Source: Syntrophales bacterium
Lineage (GTDB): Bacteria; Desulfobacterota; Syntrophia; Syntrophales; UBA2210
Assembly (NCBI GenBank): GCA_963666365.2
Contig: CAXXNF010000002.1
Coordinates: 576,001-640,000, forward strand
Direction: 5' to 3'
Length of the DNA stretch: 64,000 nt
Shown: piece after piece, positions 11,501-20,651 of the stretch
Layout of the letters: each line of letters opens with the position of its first letter
Position numbering within the stretch: the first letter of the stretch is position 1
Made by a program: the position numbers and the translations under genes
The notes under the pieces: model-generated
Database searches by the model: none
The model's input: only the letters and a program-made list of their open reading frames with translations
Told to the model about the DNA's origin: nothing

Positions 11501-11558
11501 CGACACCCGATCCTACTGCGCCGGAAATCCTCAAAAATCCTCTTCGCGTAACATCCAT
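8508..11558 (-). CDS. fdnG: Formate dehydrogenase alpha subunit, selenocysteine-containing (UGA at 10973-10971), Tat-exported
   Basis: ORFs 10971-11558 and 8508-10922 are in frame and joined as DHQARV-U-HSPTVAALAESFGRGSMTNHW; TRRGFL Tat motif; CCYCAVGC Fe-S motif; C-terminal PEYKAF. Confidence 0.95.
10931..10966 (-). promoter_or_regulatory. SECIS element of fdnG
   Basis: Directly 3' of the UGA: GUCCG...AGCGGCUCU-GGC-AGAGUCGUU-CGGAC two-part stem with G in the apical loop. Confidence 0.85.
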
Positions 11559-11589
11559 AAAATGCCTCCTCTGCCTATGTCATACTTAA

Positions 11590-11609
11590 ATATGTCATTA
11601 GTGACATAT
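11590..11609. promoter_or_regulatory. Palindromic operator-like site upstream of fdnG
   Basis: ATATGTCA-TTAG-TGACATAT; same core recurs upstream of fdhE. Confidence 0.6.
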
Positions 11610-11717
11610 GAGAAGTTTTGAGTAATGTCAACATGTTATTAATAACACAAGCATTTCGGACGAGAGGGAGAGTGGTGGTGTTTTCCGGAAATCGTGCCGA
11701 TTTTAATGGTAAATCGG

Positions 11718-12638
11718 TTAGTTATGTGCGCGAGCTTGTGAATGCCCTGTTTCGAAGAGATTCCATTCCATTGGTGCCACCGGCGAGAATCCTTTTTCCT
11801 GCATGAGCGCATCGAGATGGACAAGTCCCATGGATACCACATCAAAATCATGCTCGGTGATATCACGGACCCGTTTGACGGTAATCAAATATCTGTTGCA
11901 TTGATCACATACAAATGCGCATTCCTGATCGTTGCTCTCTACAAAGAAATAGGTCGATCCCCCCTCTTTTGATTCGTATTCGCAATAGGGGCATAGGATA
12001 CGATTGAATCGCCATTGGTGTCCGCACTGGGAGCAATGAAGCCATCGTTCGGTAATTTTATCTTTAATGACCGCAATGCCGGGAAAGGCCCCGCACACGG
12101 GGCAATAACCCTTGTCCCAGGTAAATTCGCCCAGGAGGCTTATGGCTTTTTTCGCCTTTGCTTCCAGGACCGGCCTGAGTGTGCTCTTCAGGAACAAGTG
12201 AAGCGCTTCCGGTCTTATATCAATCACTGTCGCCCAGTTTAATGCAATCTCATCGTTAAGTTCAGGAAAGGGGGTAAAGTAGTCTTTAAGCGTCAGTGTT
12301 CCTTTCTTGATCGCCTGTTCTATTTTTTTCAGTTCACCCTTGAGAGCGGGGAAACCCTCTATAATTGCAGGAATCATGGTAAGGGCGATCTTTTTCCATT
12401 GTTCGTCGGGATACACAAGTGTCACTTGGGTGCACAGGGGCGTTCCCCCCTTCAGGTGGACCATGTCGACGGATGCTACATCCAGATTCGCGGAGATTCC
12501 GCCCTCGACAAGTCGCTTTTTTTCCCGCAGAATGCTGCGAAAGGCATGGAAAATATTTTTGTTGTGGGGATGTTTCTGGATTGCTTCCTCTATCTGTTCG
12601 TTCAGTCTTGAAACTGCTTCGCTGCCTTTTTTCATCAT
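11718..12638 (-). CDS. fdhE: Formate dehydrogenase accessory protein FdhE
   Basis: GYCPVCG, RWLHCSQCGHQW, CPYC, CDQCNRY, HLDALM; adjacent to fdnG. Confidence 0.9.
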   Translation of the reverse strand: MMKKGSEAVSRLNEQIEEAIQKHPHNKNIFHAFRSILREKKRLVEGGISANLDVASVDMVHLKGGTPLCTQVTLVYPDEQWKKIALTMIPAIIEGFPALKGELKKIEQAIKKGTLTLKDYFTPFPELNDEIALNWATVIDIRPEALHLFLKSTLRPVLEAKAKKAISLLGEFTWDKGYCPVCGAFPGIAVIKDKITERWLHCSQCGHQWRFNRILCPYCEYESKEGGSTYFFVESNDQECAFVCDQCNRYLITVKRVRDITEHDFDVVSMGLVHLDALMQEKGFSPVAPMEWNLFETGHSQARAHN

Positions 12639-12688
12639 GTGATTCCTTTATAGAGTTCGTCAGACCTTTCGGGTCCTCGCATTCGTTC

Positions 12689-12702
12689 TGTCATTTATGA
12701 CA
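12689..12702. promoter_or_regulatory. Palindromic operator-like site upstream of fdhE
   Basis: TGTCA-TTTA-TGACA. Confidence 0.55.
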
Positions 12703-12897
12703 TAGTCACGCCTGCCCTGATACACTACTTAAAAAAGGGAAGTCAAGGGATAAAAAGGAGTTCTATGTTCTACGTTGAAAATGTTGCAATATCCAGTTCC
12801 GGATAATCAAGGACCCGGCAGAAAGAGGGGAAGACATATTGGCGGACAGATGTTAATATCGAGCCTTGAACATAGAACATAGAACATAGAGCATGTT

Positions 12898-13353
12898 TTA
12901 CCGGTACTTACCTTCGAAGTAGTCCTTAAGGATTTCCCGGTGATCGAACATGATCGGTTCAGGAAGGCTGTCGCGGGTGAAGAGGCCGATTTCGACTGCG
13001 TCGTCGGCTGCTCGGGGAATTCCTGCCGCCTTGGCGATGAAGACGGTCGATATGGTGTGCTGCCGCGGATCGCGATCGGAGCGGGAATAGGTGTGCATCT
13101 GACCGAGAAGGGTGACGTCTAACGATGTTTCTTCTCTGGCTTCTCGGACGGCGGCTTCTTCCAGAGATTCTCCGTAATCGACAAACCCTCCCGGAATCGC
13201 CCATCCGACCGGCTCGTTTTTTCTCATGATCAGCACAACTCCCTTGTCGGCGATTTCAATGATAATGTCGACGGTAGGCGTCGGGTTTCGATAATATTCA
13301 ATTTCTCCACCGCAGGCGGGGCAGATTCGCTTTCCTAAGACAGCCATGATCAA
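12898..13353 (-). CDS. NUDIX hydrolase (ADP-ribose pyrophosphatase-like) with N-terminal Zn ribbon
   Basis: Nudix box [33 protein letters not shown]. Confidence 0.88.
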   Translation of the reverse strand: MIMAVLGKRICPACGGEIEYYRNPTPTVDIIIEIADKGVVLIMRKNEPVGWAIPGGFVDYGESLEEAAVREAREETSLDVTLLGQMHTYSRSDRDPRQHTISTVFIAKAAGIPRAADDAVEIGLFTRDSLPEPIMFDHREILKDYFEGKYR

Positions 13354-13417
13354 TCCCTATACGATACAGAAAAAGGGGTTGTAAAGAAGGCGCCATTGAG
13401 TTAACCACCTCTTACAA

Positions 13418-13509
13418 TTGACACACTGCATAAAAGGCACTATAGAGTGATTCACCGCACCATGTCAAGATGGGAATTGCTTGACAATTGAAAGCGAATT
13501 CATTAGCCT
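13418..13509 (+). promoter_or_regulatory. Two tandem sigma70-type promoters ahead of the PTS/pyr cluster
   Basis: TTGACA(13418)-17 nt-TATAGA and TTGACA(13481)-17 nt-TAGCCT. Confidence 0.6.
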
Positions 13510-13539
13510 AGGCGATCAACATTGGCATATGGGGGAAAT

Positions 13540-13950
13540 ATGGTTGGCGTCGTAGTGATGACTCACGGAAATTTAGGAAGAGAGCTTATTCGAGCTGCCG
13601 AATTGATCAAAGGTGAGCTGAAGGGGGTTATACCCATATCCGTCGATGCCGCAAAAGGGGTTGAAGAGCTCAAAAAAGAGATCGTATCGGCCATCAAAAA
13701 AGCCGACACCGGCAGTGGCGTCCTGATCCTGACAGACCTTTTTGGAGGAACGCCGTCGAACATTTCATTATCCTTTCTTAAAAAAAATAAAGTGGAAGTA
13801 GTGACCGGCGTAAACCTCCCTATGCTGATGAAAGTTCCCGATGTGCGGGAAGATCATGATCTTGCCGAATTTGCCCAATTCATAAAGGAATATGGGGAAA
13901 AGAATATCTATCTGGCAAGCGCCATATTAAACAGAAAAGTCAGCGAATGA
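13540..13950 (+). CDS. PTS mannose/fructose-class EIIA
   Basis: VVMTHG phospho-His motif, TDLFGGTPSN, GVNLPML. Confidence 0.9.
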   Translation: MVGVVVMTHGNLGRELIRAAELIKGELKGVIPISVDAAKGVEELKKEIVSAIKKADTGSGVLILTDLFGGTPSNISLSFLKKNKVEVVTGVNLPMLMKVPDVREDHDLAEFAQFIKEYGEKNIYLASAILNRKVSE

Positions 13951-13994
13951 CAGCACCTTTTAGAGAACAATAACGTGGCGGGGCGGGAACGGCC

Positions 13995-14489
13995 GTGGTG
14001 AGAATCGATAATAGACTGGTGCATGGTCAAATTCTTGAATCATGGGTTCCCTTTCTGAGAGCGGCAAAAATTATTGTGGTTAACGATAAGGTGGCGTCCG
14101 ATCTTTTTATGGAATCGGTCATCAAAATGGCTGTTCCTCGGGGGATAGAAGTGTCCGTATACGAAGTGGAGGAGTTCGCGAAAAGCTATGCCGGTTCGAC
14201 GGCGATAGACCGGGAAACGATTATTCTTTTTGCAACTGTCGACGATGTGATGAACGCCTACCGGTGGGGATTCAGGTTCGAAGCCTTGAATATCGGTAAT
14301 GTGGCAAACAGCGGAAGCGACAAACGGTGCGTCATATCGCACATATTCATGAATGCCGCTGAAATAGACGAGTTAATGACGCTCGTAAATAACGGCATTG
14401 ATGTCGAAATCAGAGGGGTGCCCCCTGATAAGCCCGTGCCGTTTTCATCCGCCGTAAAAGAAATGCAGGAGCGGGCCCGTTCGTTTTAG
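13995..14489 (+). CDS. PTS mannose/sorbose-class EIIB
   Basis: RIDNRLVHGQ motif, LNIGN, VPPD; start codon uncertain. Confidence 0.88.
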   Translation: MVRIDNRLVHGQILESWVPFLRAAKIIVVNDKVASDLFMESVIKMAVPRGIEVSVYEVEEFAKSYAGSTAIDRETIILFATVDDVMNAYRWGFRFEALNIGNVANSGSDKRCVISHIFMNAAEIDELMTLVNNGIDVEIRGVPPDKPVPFSSAVKEMQERARSF

Positions 14490-14507
14490 GCCAAAGCCCG
14501 TTACGAA

Positions 14508-15212
14508 GTGGTAAAAGAGACGGTCATGTGGATTTCTTCAGCTGAGGTAGCCCTTTTGGGTGCGTTTTTGTGTCTTGACAGGATCGCCGTTCAGGTCATG
14601 ATCTCGCGGCCTATTGTGGTCGGTCCGATAATCGGCCTTATGCTGCACGACCCTGCGACGGGACTCATCACCGGGGCATTTGTGGAGCTGCTTTGGATCG
14701 ATCATATTCCTCTCGGAAAATATGTGCCTCCCAATGATACCATCGCAGCAGTGTTGATCACGGCCGGTGCAATACTGGCCGGCCATGGATTAGGTGAGGT
14801 GCCGCCGGAGCTTATTGCACTGTCCATTCTGTTATTTGCCCCATTTGCGTACATTGCGAAAGAAATGAACATTCTTCTTTTCAAATCGAATGAGGCGCTT
14901 TCCGCAAGAGTGCATGAAGACGCGCAACGGGGTGATATCCGTGCCATTGCCGCAGCACAATGGCATGGAATGGCAAAAACCTTTCTGACATCGGCGGTGT
15001 GTATCTTTGCGTTTCTGGTAACGGGCGCCTATCTGCTTGCATGGGTCTATCCGCTTCTCCCCATGCGCGCTCTTCGCGCCCTTACGCTGACCTATTGTTT
15101 TATCCCGGTTCTTGGGGTGGCGATTGCACTGAACACGATTAAAATGAGAGGGGCGCTTCCTCTTTTCGCAGGTCTCTTTCTTGTTTTTATGGCAGCCGTA
15201 CATATCTTGTGA
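14508..15212 (+). CDS. PTS mannose-class EIIC
   Basis: QVMISRPIVVGPIIG, ELLWI...PLG..VPP, multi-TM. Confidence 0.85.
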   Translation: MVKETVMWISSAEVALLGAFLCLDRIAVQVMISRPIVVGPIIGLMLHDPATGLITGAFVELLWIDHIPLGKYVPPNDTIAAVLITAGAILAGHGLGEVPPELIALSILLFAPFAYIAKEMNILLFKSNEALSARVHEDAQRGDIRAIAAAQWHGMAKTFLTSAVCIFAFLVTGAYLLAWVYPLLPMRALRALTLTYCFIPVLGVAIALNTIKMRGALPLFAGLFLVFMAAVHIL

Positions 15213-15236
15213 TTCGAACCACAGGGGTCATTACGC

Positions 15237-15749
15237 ATGCTCAGATCCTTTGTAAGAGGTGGCAGAAAGAACAACTGTCCTATCGAAGTCCTTCGGGATA
15301 TGAAAATAGATGATATCGACGGTGTGGTTGAAATCGAGGAAGTTTCTTTTCCCACTCCCTGGACCAGGGGGATGTTTCTCGATGAGATCAATGAAACTCT
15401 CTGTAGTAATCGGGTTGCCGTTATCGACGGAATAATCACGGGCTACAGCTGTTTCGCCATAGTATACGATGAAGTGCACCTTAGAAACATTGCCGTAAGG
15501 GAGAGCTTTCGTCGAAAAGGAGTGGCCTCACGCCTCCTTGACGATATGATTGCCATCGCGGTGGACGAGGGGGCCTTTCTTGCCACCCTCGAGGTCAGGA
15601 GATCGAGTATTCATGCACAGCACCTTTATGAACGGTTCGGATTTCATCAGGCCGGTGTGCGCCCGAAATATTATTCCGATACAAAAGAAGATGCCCTGAT
15701 CATGTGGGCGGATCTGCGAAATAGATGGAACACTCTGAAAGTTGAATGA
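15237..15749 (+). CDS. rimI: Ribosomal-protein-alanine N-acetyltransferase
   Basis: SFPTPW, RRKGVA, LEVR, RPKYY...EDALIM. Confidence 0.88.
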   Translation: MLRSFVRGGRKNNCPIEVLRDMKIDDIDGVVEIEEVSFPTPWTRGMFLDEINETLCSNRVAVIDGIITGYSCFAIVYDEVHLRNIAVRESFRRKGVASRLLDDMIAIAVDEGAFLATLEVRRSSIHAQHLYERFGFHQAGVRPKYYSDTKEDALIMWADLRNRWNTLKVE

Positions 15750-15758
15750 CGGGAACAG

Positions 15759-16586
15759 ATGAAAAGAAAGCGTACATTTGAAAGGGGCGTTATTCTGGAA
15801 AACAAACGGATTGCCCCGGACCACCATATGATGGAACTGGCACTTCCCGCTGCATTCGAAAGAGCGCAGCCGGGTCAGTTTGTGATGATAAAAATAGGGT
15901 GGGGTGAGAACCCGCTTCTGGCAAGGCCTTTCAGCGTCTATGGCAGGCATTCCTGTAACGGGGTGGAACGCATACAAGTGCTGTATCGCATTGCCGGAAA
16001 GGGAACCGCGCTCCTCGCAAAGCTGAAGGAAGGTGCGACGCTGGGTGTGCTCGGGCCCCTCGGGCATGGCTTTCAATTTCAGCAGACATACCGTAAGGCA
16101 GCCCTCATAGCCGGAGGCGTAGGAATCGCGCCTCTGAACTTCCTGGGTCGGTATATCCGCGAAAATCGGGCCCGCGGTGACTGCGAGGTGACGGGCTATC
16201 TCGGTGCGAGAACGGAGTCCCTGCTGGTAGGGCGCCGAGCGATGGAAGAGGTCTGTGATACTCTTCGGATTGCAACGGACGATGGAAGCCTGGGATATCA
16301 CGGCGTGGTGACGGACCTCGTCGAGAATGATCTGCGCCTGTACGAGGGAACTGACGCCGTCATGTACGCCTGCGGTCCCTATCCTATGTTGCGGGCCATC
16401 GCGAAATTGACGGAAGATCCTGTCCGGCACTGTCAGGTTTCCATGGAAGAACGCATGGCCTGCGGCCTTGGGGCCTGTCTGGGCTGTGCCGTAAAGGTGA
16501 AATTAGGTGGGACATCGCCTCAATACGTGCGGGCCTGTACAGAGGGCCCCGTTTTTGACATGCAGGAAATAGACTGGAATGACTGA
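15759..16586 (+). CDS. pyrK: Dihydroorotate dehydrogenase electron transfer subunit
   Basis: RPFS, GPLGHG, AGGVGIAP, MACGLGACLGC...C [2Fe-2S]. Confidence 0.93.
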   Translation: MKRKRTFERGVILENKRIAPDHHMMELALPAAFERAQPGQFVMIKIGWGENPLLARPFSVYGRHSCNGVERIQVLYRIAGKGTALLAKLKEGATLGVLGPLGHGFQFQQTYRKAALIAGGVGIAPLNFLGRYIRENRARGDCEVTGYLGARTESLLVGRRAMEEVCDTLRIATDDGSLGYHGVVTDLVENDLRLYEGTDAVMYACGPYPMLRAIAKLTEDPVRHCQVSMEERMACGLGACLGCAVKVKLGGTSPQYVRACTEGPVFDMQEIDWND

Positions 16587-17502
16587 CAGGGTACCGAAAT
16601 TGGCCGTTAATGTCGGCGGCCTGACAATAAAAAATCCCGTGATGACAGCCTCAGGCACCTTCGGGTACGGCAGGGAGTACGCCGATTCCGTCGATCTGAA
16701 TAGTCTGGGCGCCCTCATTGTGAAGGGCCTTTCGCTTGAGCGGAAGATAGGGAACAAACCTCCAAGAATCATGGAAACGGCCTCAGGCATGCTCAACGCC
16801 ATCGGGCTGGAAAATGTGGGTGTCAATGCTTTTCGGCAGGACAAGATGCCCTTTCTGAGAACCCTGGATACGGCCGTGATTGCCAACATTTTCGGTGAAA
16901 CACCCGAGCAGTACTCGAAAGTCGCCGAAATCCTCGACGGCGAGAAAGGTATTGCCGCCATCGAGGTAAACATCTCCTGTCCCAATGTGAAAAAAGGCGG
17001 CGTCAATTTCGGTACGGATCCGGAACTCGCCCACGAAGTGACCAGTGCGGTGAGGGAAAAGACGGGACTTCCTATTATCGTGAAACTGACCCCCAATGTT
17101 ACCGACATCAGGGTTATTGCACGACGCGTCGAGGCGGCGGGCGCCGATGCGCTTTCGCTGATCAACACCCTTATGGGCATGGCTGTGGATGTGGACACGA
17201 GGCGTCCCCGCCTCGGCAATATTACGGGGGGGCTTTCCGGGCCCGCGATTAAACCGGTGGCATTGCGCATGGTGTGGGAGACGGTGCAGACAGTGGCAAT
17301 TCCCGTAATCGGGATCGGCGGAATCCTATGCGCCGCCGATGCATTGGAATTTCTCATCGTCGGCGCCAGGGCCATCCAGGTGGGGACGGCCAATTTCATC
17401 AATCCCGCGGCGACCATGGAAATTATCGACGGCATTATCACCTATCTGCACGAACGAGGCATCGATGATATCGGCGACCTCATCGGCACGCTGCGCATTT
17501 AG
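16579..17502 (+). CDS. pyrD: Dihydroorotate dehydrogenase, class 1B catalytic subunit
   Basis: ASGTFGYG, NISCPN, KLTPN, GGLSGPAIKP. Confidence 0.95.
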   Translation: MTDRVPKLAVNVGGLTIKNPVMTASGTFGYGREYADSVDLNSLGALIVKGLSLERKIGNKPPRIMETASGMLNAIGLENVGVNAFRQDKMPFLRTLDTAVIANIFGETPEQYSKVAEILDGEKGIAAIEVNISCPNVKKGGVNFGTDPELAHEVTSAVREKTGLPIIVKLTPNVTDIRVIARRVEAAGADALSLINTLMGMAVDVDTRRPRLGNITGGLSGPAIKPVALRMVWETVQTVAIPVIGIGGILCAADALEFLIVGARAIQVGTANFINPAATMEIIDGIITYLHERGIDDIGDLIGTLRI

Positions 17503-17514
17503 GAGGAGCGGTAC

Positions 17515-18195
17515 ATGCCTGACTGGGAAGAAATATACGATGGCATCTATTGTATCGGGGGACCGAACATTTCACAGGCTGAAGACGCCACCGTCTTTCT
17601 CGTCGATTGCGCTGATGAGTTGATTATGATCGATTCCGGCGCCGGCCGGTCGGCGGAACGTATGGAGCACACCGTACGAGCACTGGGGTTCGATCCCCAC
17701 ACCATATCGACGCTGATCCTGACGCACTGCCATATCGATCATATAGGCGGCGCCCCCTATTTTACGGCACGGTTCGGCTGTCGTCTCATCGCCCATGAGC
17801 TTGACGCCGCCGCCATAGAAGCGGGCGATCCCGTGGAGACGGCGGCCCGTATGTACGGAACCGCATTTCCGCCCACTCCTGTCGACAGGCGCATAAAAGG
17901 GGAAGAAGAAATAATCGCTTTCGGCAATCAGGACGTACGTTTCATCCATACGCCGGGCCACACGCCCGGTTCCCTCGCAGTGGTAATCGATCGAAAGGGG
18001 AAGCGCATCCTCTTCGGCCAGGATATTCACGGTCCCTTTTTGAAAGCGTTCCGTTCAAACATCGACGATTGGAAGCAGTCGATGCAAAAACTCCTGGATC
18101 TCGATGCCGATGTCCTCTGCGAAGGGCACTTCGGGATCTTTACGTCGAAAGAAGGGGTGCGGAAGTATATCCAGGGATATTTAAAACAGTATTGA
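17515..18195 (+). CDS. Metallo-beta-lactamase fold hydrolase
   Basis: THCHIDHIGG, HTPGHTPG, EGH. Confidence 0.88.
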   Translation: MPDWEEIYDGIYCIGGPNISQAEDATVFLVDCADELIMIDSGAGRSAERMEHTVRALGFDPHTISTLILTHCHIDHIGGAPYFTARFGCRLIAHELDAAAIEAGDPVETAARMYGTAFPPTPVDRRIKGEEEIIAFGNQDVRFIHTPGHTPGSLAVVIDRKGKRILFGQDIHGPFLKAFRSNIDDWKQSMQKLLDLDADVLCEGHFGIFTSKEGVRKYIQGYLKQY

Positions 18196-18216
18196 AAACT
18201 GAATCAGAGGTTTTTC

Positions 18217-19350
18217 ATGGGAACCGACAATCTTATTTTTCTCGAAATGATGGAGTGGTTCGACGAGACGGGCCTGGAGCTTGTACAACGGCTTCCCGAG
18301 AAAGGGTCGGGGGAGATCAAGTGGGGGGCGCAGCTTATCGTACGTGAAAGTCAGGCGGCCCTGCTTTTCTACAAGGGGAAGTCCTACGAGGCCTTCGGCC
18401 CGGGACGGCACACCCTCACGACAGCGAATATTCCCGTTCTGACGAAGATTCTTTCCATACCATGGGCCATGCAAAGTCCCTTGAGGGCCGAGGTATATTT
18501 CGTCAATATGAAGGTGTTCCCCGATCTCCGCTGGGGAACCAGGGATCCCGTCGCGTTCAGGGATTCGGAACTGGGCCTTGTCAGGCTCAGGGCCTACGGC
18601 GTGTACAACATTCAGGTCGTGCAGCCGTTGCTATTCATCAACAGCCTTGTCGGCACCATGGGCCGCTATTCTACCCGGGAAATCGAGGATTATCTGAAAC
18701 AGGTGATTGTTTCCCGCTTTAACGATCATCTGGGAGAGAATTTGCAGAGTATTTTGGATCTACCCGGGTGCTACGAGGAACTATCTGCGGGTCTTCAAGA
18801 GCGACTCAGGAATGATTTCGGTCGATTCGGGCTGGCCCTGCGCGAACTCTATATCGGTTCTATCTCGCCGCCTCAGGAGGTGCAGCAGGCAATTGACGAC
18901 AAAAGCCGACTGGGCGTCATTCAGGATCTGGACCGGTTGGTAAAAATGAAAGCCGCTATGGCCATGGAAAAGGCAGCCTCTGCCACGGGCGAAGCCGCTG
19001 GAGGCATGGGACTCGGCATGGGACTTATGATTCCGGCCATGTTCGCCGATATGTTCCGCCAGGGGCAGGGGGCGAATCAGCCCCGGGAAATCGAAGAGGG
19101 GCCTCGCTGCCCCGACTGCGGCCATTCCATTCCTCAGAAGGCGAAGTTCTGTCCCCACTGCGGGCATCAGCAGCTGGTCTTTAATCAGTGTGCCGGCTGC
19201 GGGAAAAACCTGCCGCCCAATGCGCGGTTTTGCCCCCGTTGCGGAAGCCCCGTCGACGCAAAACCGCAGCCGAAAATCTGCCCGCGGTGCAAGGCGGAAA
19301 ATCTGCCGGATTCCTACTTTTGCAATGCCTGTGGAGACAAACTCGGGTAA
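18217..19350 (+). CDS. SPFH (band 7)-like protein with C-terminal zinc ribbons
   Basis: QLIVRESQAA, FGPGRHTL, WGT.DP; six CxxC pairs at the C-terminus. Confidence 0.8.
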   Translation: MGTDNLIFLEMMEWFDETGLELVQRLPEKGSGEIKWGAQLIVRESQAALLFYKGKSYEAFGPGRHTLTTANIPVLTKILSIPWAMQSPLRAEVYFVNMKVFPDLRWGTRDPVAFRDSELGLVRLRAYGVYNIQVVQPLLFINSLVGTMGRYSTREIEDYLKQVIVSRFNDHLGENLQSILDLPGCYEELSAGLQERLRNDFGRFGLALRELYIGSISPPQEVQQAIDDKSRLGVIQDLDRLVKMKAAMAMEKAASATGEAAGGMGLGMGLMIPAMFADMFRQGQGANQPREIEEGPRCPDCGHSIPQKAKFCPHCGHQQLVFNQCAGCGKNLPPNARFCPRCGSPVDAKPQPKICPRCKAENLPDSYFCNACGDKLG

Positions 19351-20574
19351 ATGAACTGTCGGGTAAAGGAACAATGTCCCCAGTGCGGAGCGCCGGTCGA
19401 GTTCGAAGAGACTGCCCGCGTGCTGCAATGTCCCTACTGCGGGATACGGAACATCCTTTACGCCGATGATTGGTTTCATTTCGTTCTTGAGCACGAGCCA
19501 AGGGAAGGAGAACTCTTCCTCGTTCCCTATCTTCGCTTCAGAGGTTCCGTATATGTCTGCCATACGCAAGGAATCAGCCACCGTATCGCGGATCTTGCTC
19601 ACCTTGCCGTGGAGGATCACAGGCTCCCCCCGTCCCTGGGGTTCAGGCCCCAAACTCTGACAATGAATTTTTTCTCCTCGCAATCGTATAAGGGAAAACG
19701 TCTGAAATCCTCTTTCGGAATTTCGGAAGTTCTTAATAGGGCAGGGCGGCAGGGGATGGGCGCCCAATTGCGATCGCTTCTTTACCGTACCTATATCGGA
19801 GAGACTCTCAGCTGCATTTATCTTCCCCTCTACCTCAGGGACGGGCGCCTCTTCGACGGTGTGACCGGAGATCCTCTACCCGATTCGGGGGATGTTTCGA
19901 TTCTTGGCCATGCCCCGGAAGATACAAATCCTTGGCACATATCCTTTCTGCCCGCGCTGTGTCCGCGTTGCGGGTGGAATCTTGAAGGCGAACAGGAAAG
20001 CGTGATCCTGACCTGCAGCAATTGTGACTCTGCCTGGGAGACCAGCGGCGGTACACTGCATCGGATACCCTTTGAAACGGCGACGATTGAGGGCAAGGCG
20101 GTCTATCTTCCCTTCTGGAAGATAAAAACGTTTTCACCGATGGCAGGGATTTATTCCTACGCCGATTTTATACGGGTGACGAACCAGCCCAGGGTGGAGA
20201 GAGAGGAATGGAAATCGCAGGATTTCTATTCCTGGATTCCCGCCTTCAAAATACGGCCGGGGATGTTTCTGAAGCTGGCGCGTCGGTTTACGGTGGAACA
20301 GGCGATACAGGGGACGAAAGCAGTGATGCCGTCCCAGGGAGGACACTCCGTGACGCTTCCCCTAAGCGAGGCCATGCAAAGTGTCAGGGTGGTCTTTGCC
20401 GAAGCGATGCGGGCGAAAAGGGCACTCGAAGAAATTCTGCCCAAAGCCGACTTCTGCATGGGTCCATCGACGCTGGTATACCTGCCCTTTCACGAGACGC
20501 CCCATGAACTGATACGGGAAGATCTGGGGATCAGCATACAGAAGACGACGGTAGCGTTGGGCTCACGCCTTTAA
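19351..20574 (+). CDS. Hypothetical protein with two zinc-ribbon modules
   Basis: CPQCG..CPYCG and CPRCG..CSNC; starts directly after the SPFH stop codon. Confidence 0.7.
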   Translation: MNCRVKEQCPQCGAPVEFEETARVLQCPYCGIRNILYADDWFHFVLEHEPREGELFLVPYLRFRGSVYVCHTQGISHRIADLAHLAVEDHRLPPSLGFRPQTLTMNFFSSQSYKGKRLKSSFGISEVLNRAGRQGMGAQLRSLLYRTYIGETLSCIYLPLYLRDGRLFDGVTGDPLPDSGDVSILGHAPEDTNPWHISFLPALCPRCGWNLEGEQESVILTCSNCDSAWETSGGTLHRIPFETATIEGKAVYLPFWKIKTFSPMAGIYSYADFIRVTNQPRVEREEWKSQDFYSWIPAFKIRPGMFLKLARRFTVEQAIQGTKAVMPSQGGHSVTLPLSEAMQSVRVVFAEAMRAKRALEEILPKADFCMGPSTLVYLPFHETPHELIREDLGISIQKTTVALGSRL

Positions 20575-20651
20575 TAAAACCGAGAGAATGCGATTTCCCG
20601 GGTGTTTTTTCCCCTGTTCCGGCAGTATTAGTAAGTACCCGTTCCGTTCCG

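Noticed and set aside
10971..11558. fdnG as two genes or a nonsense pseudogene
   Set aside because: The UGA is at the conserved Sec position and is followed by a SECIS
12868..12890. (GAACATA)x3 tandem repeat
   Set aside because: Short simple repeat with no spacers; not CRISPR and no evident function
16503..17441. 312-aa minus-strand ORF
   Set aside because: Antisense shadow of pyrD with no motifs
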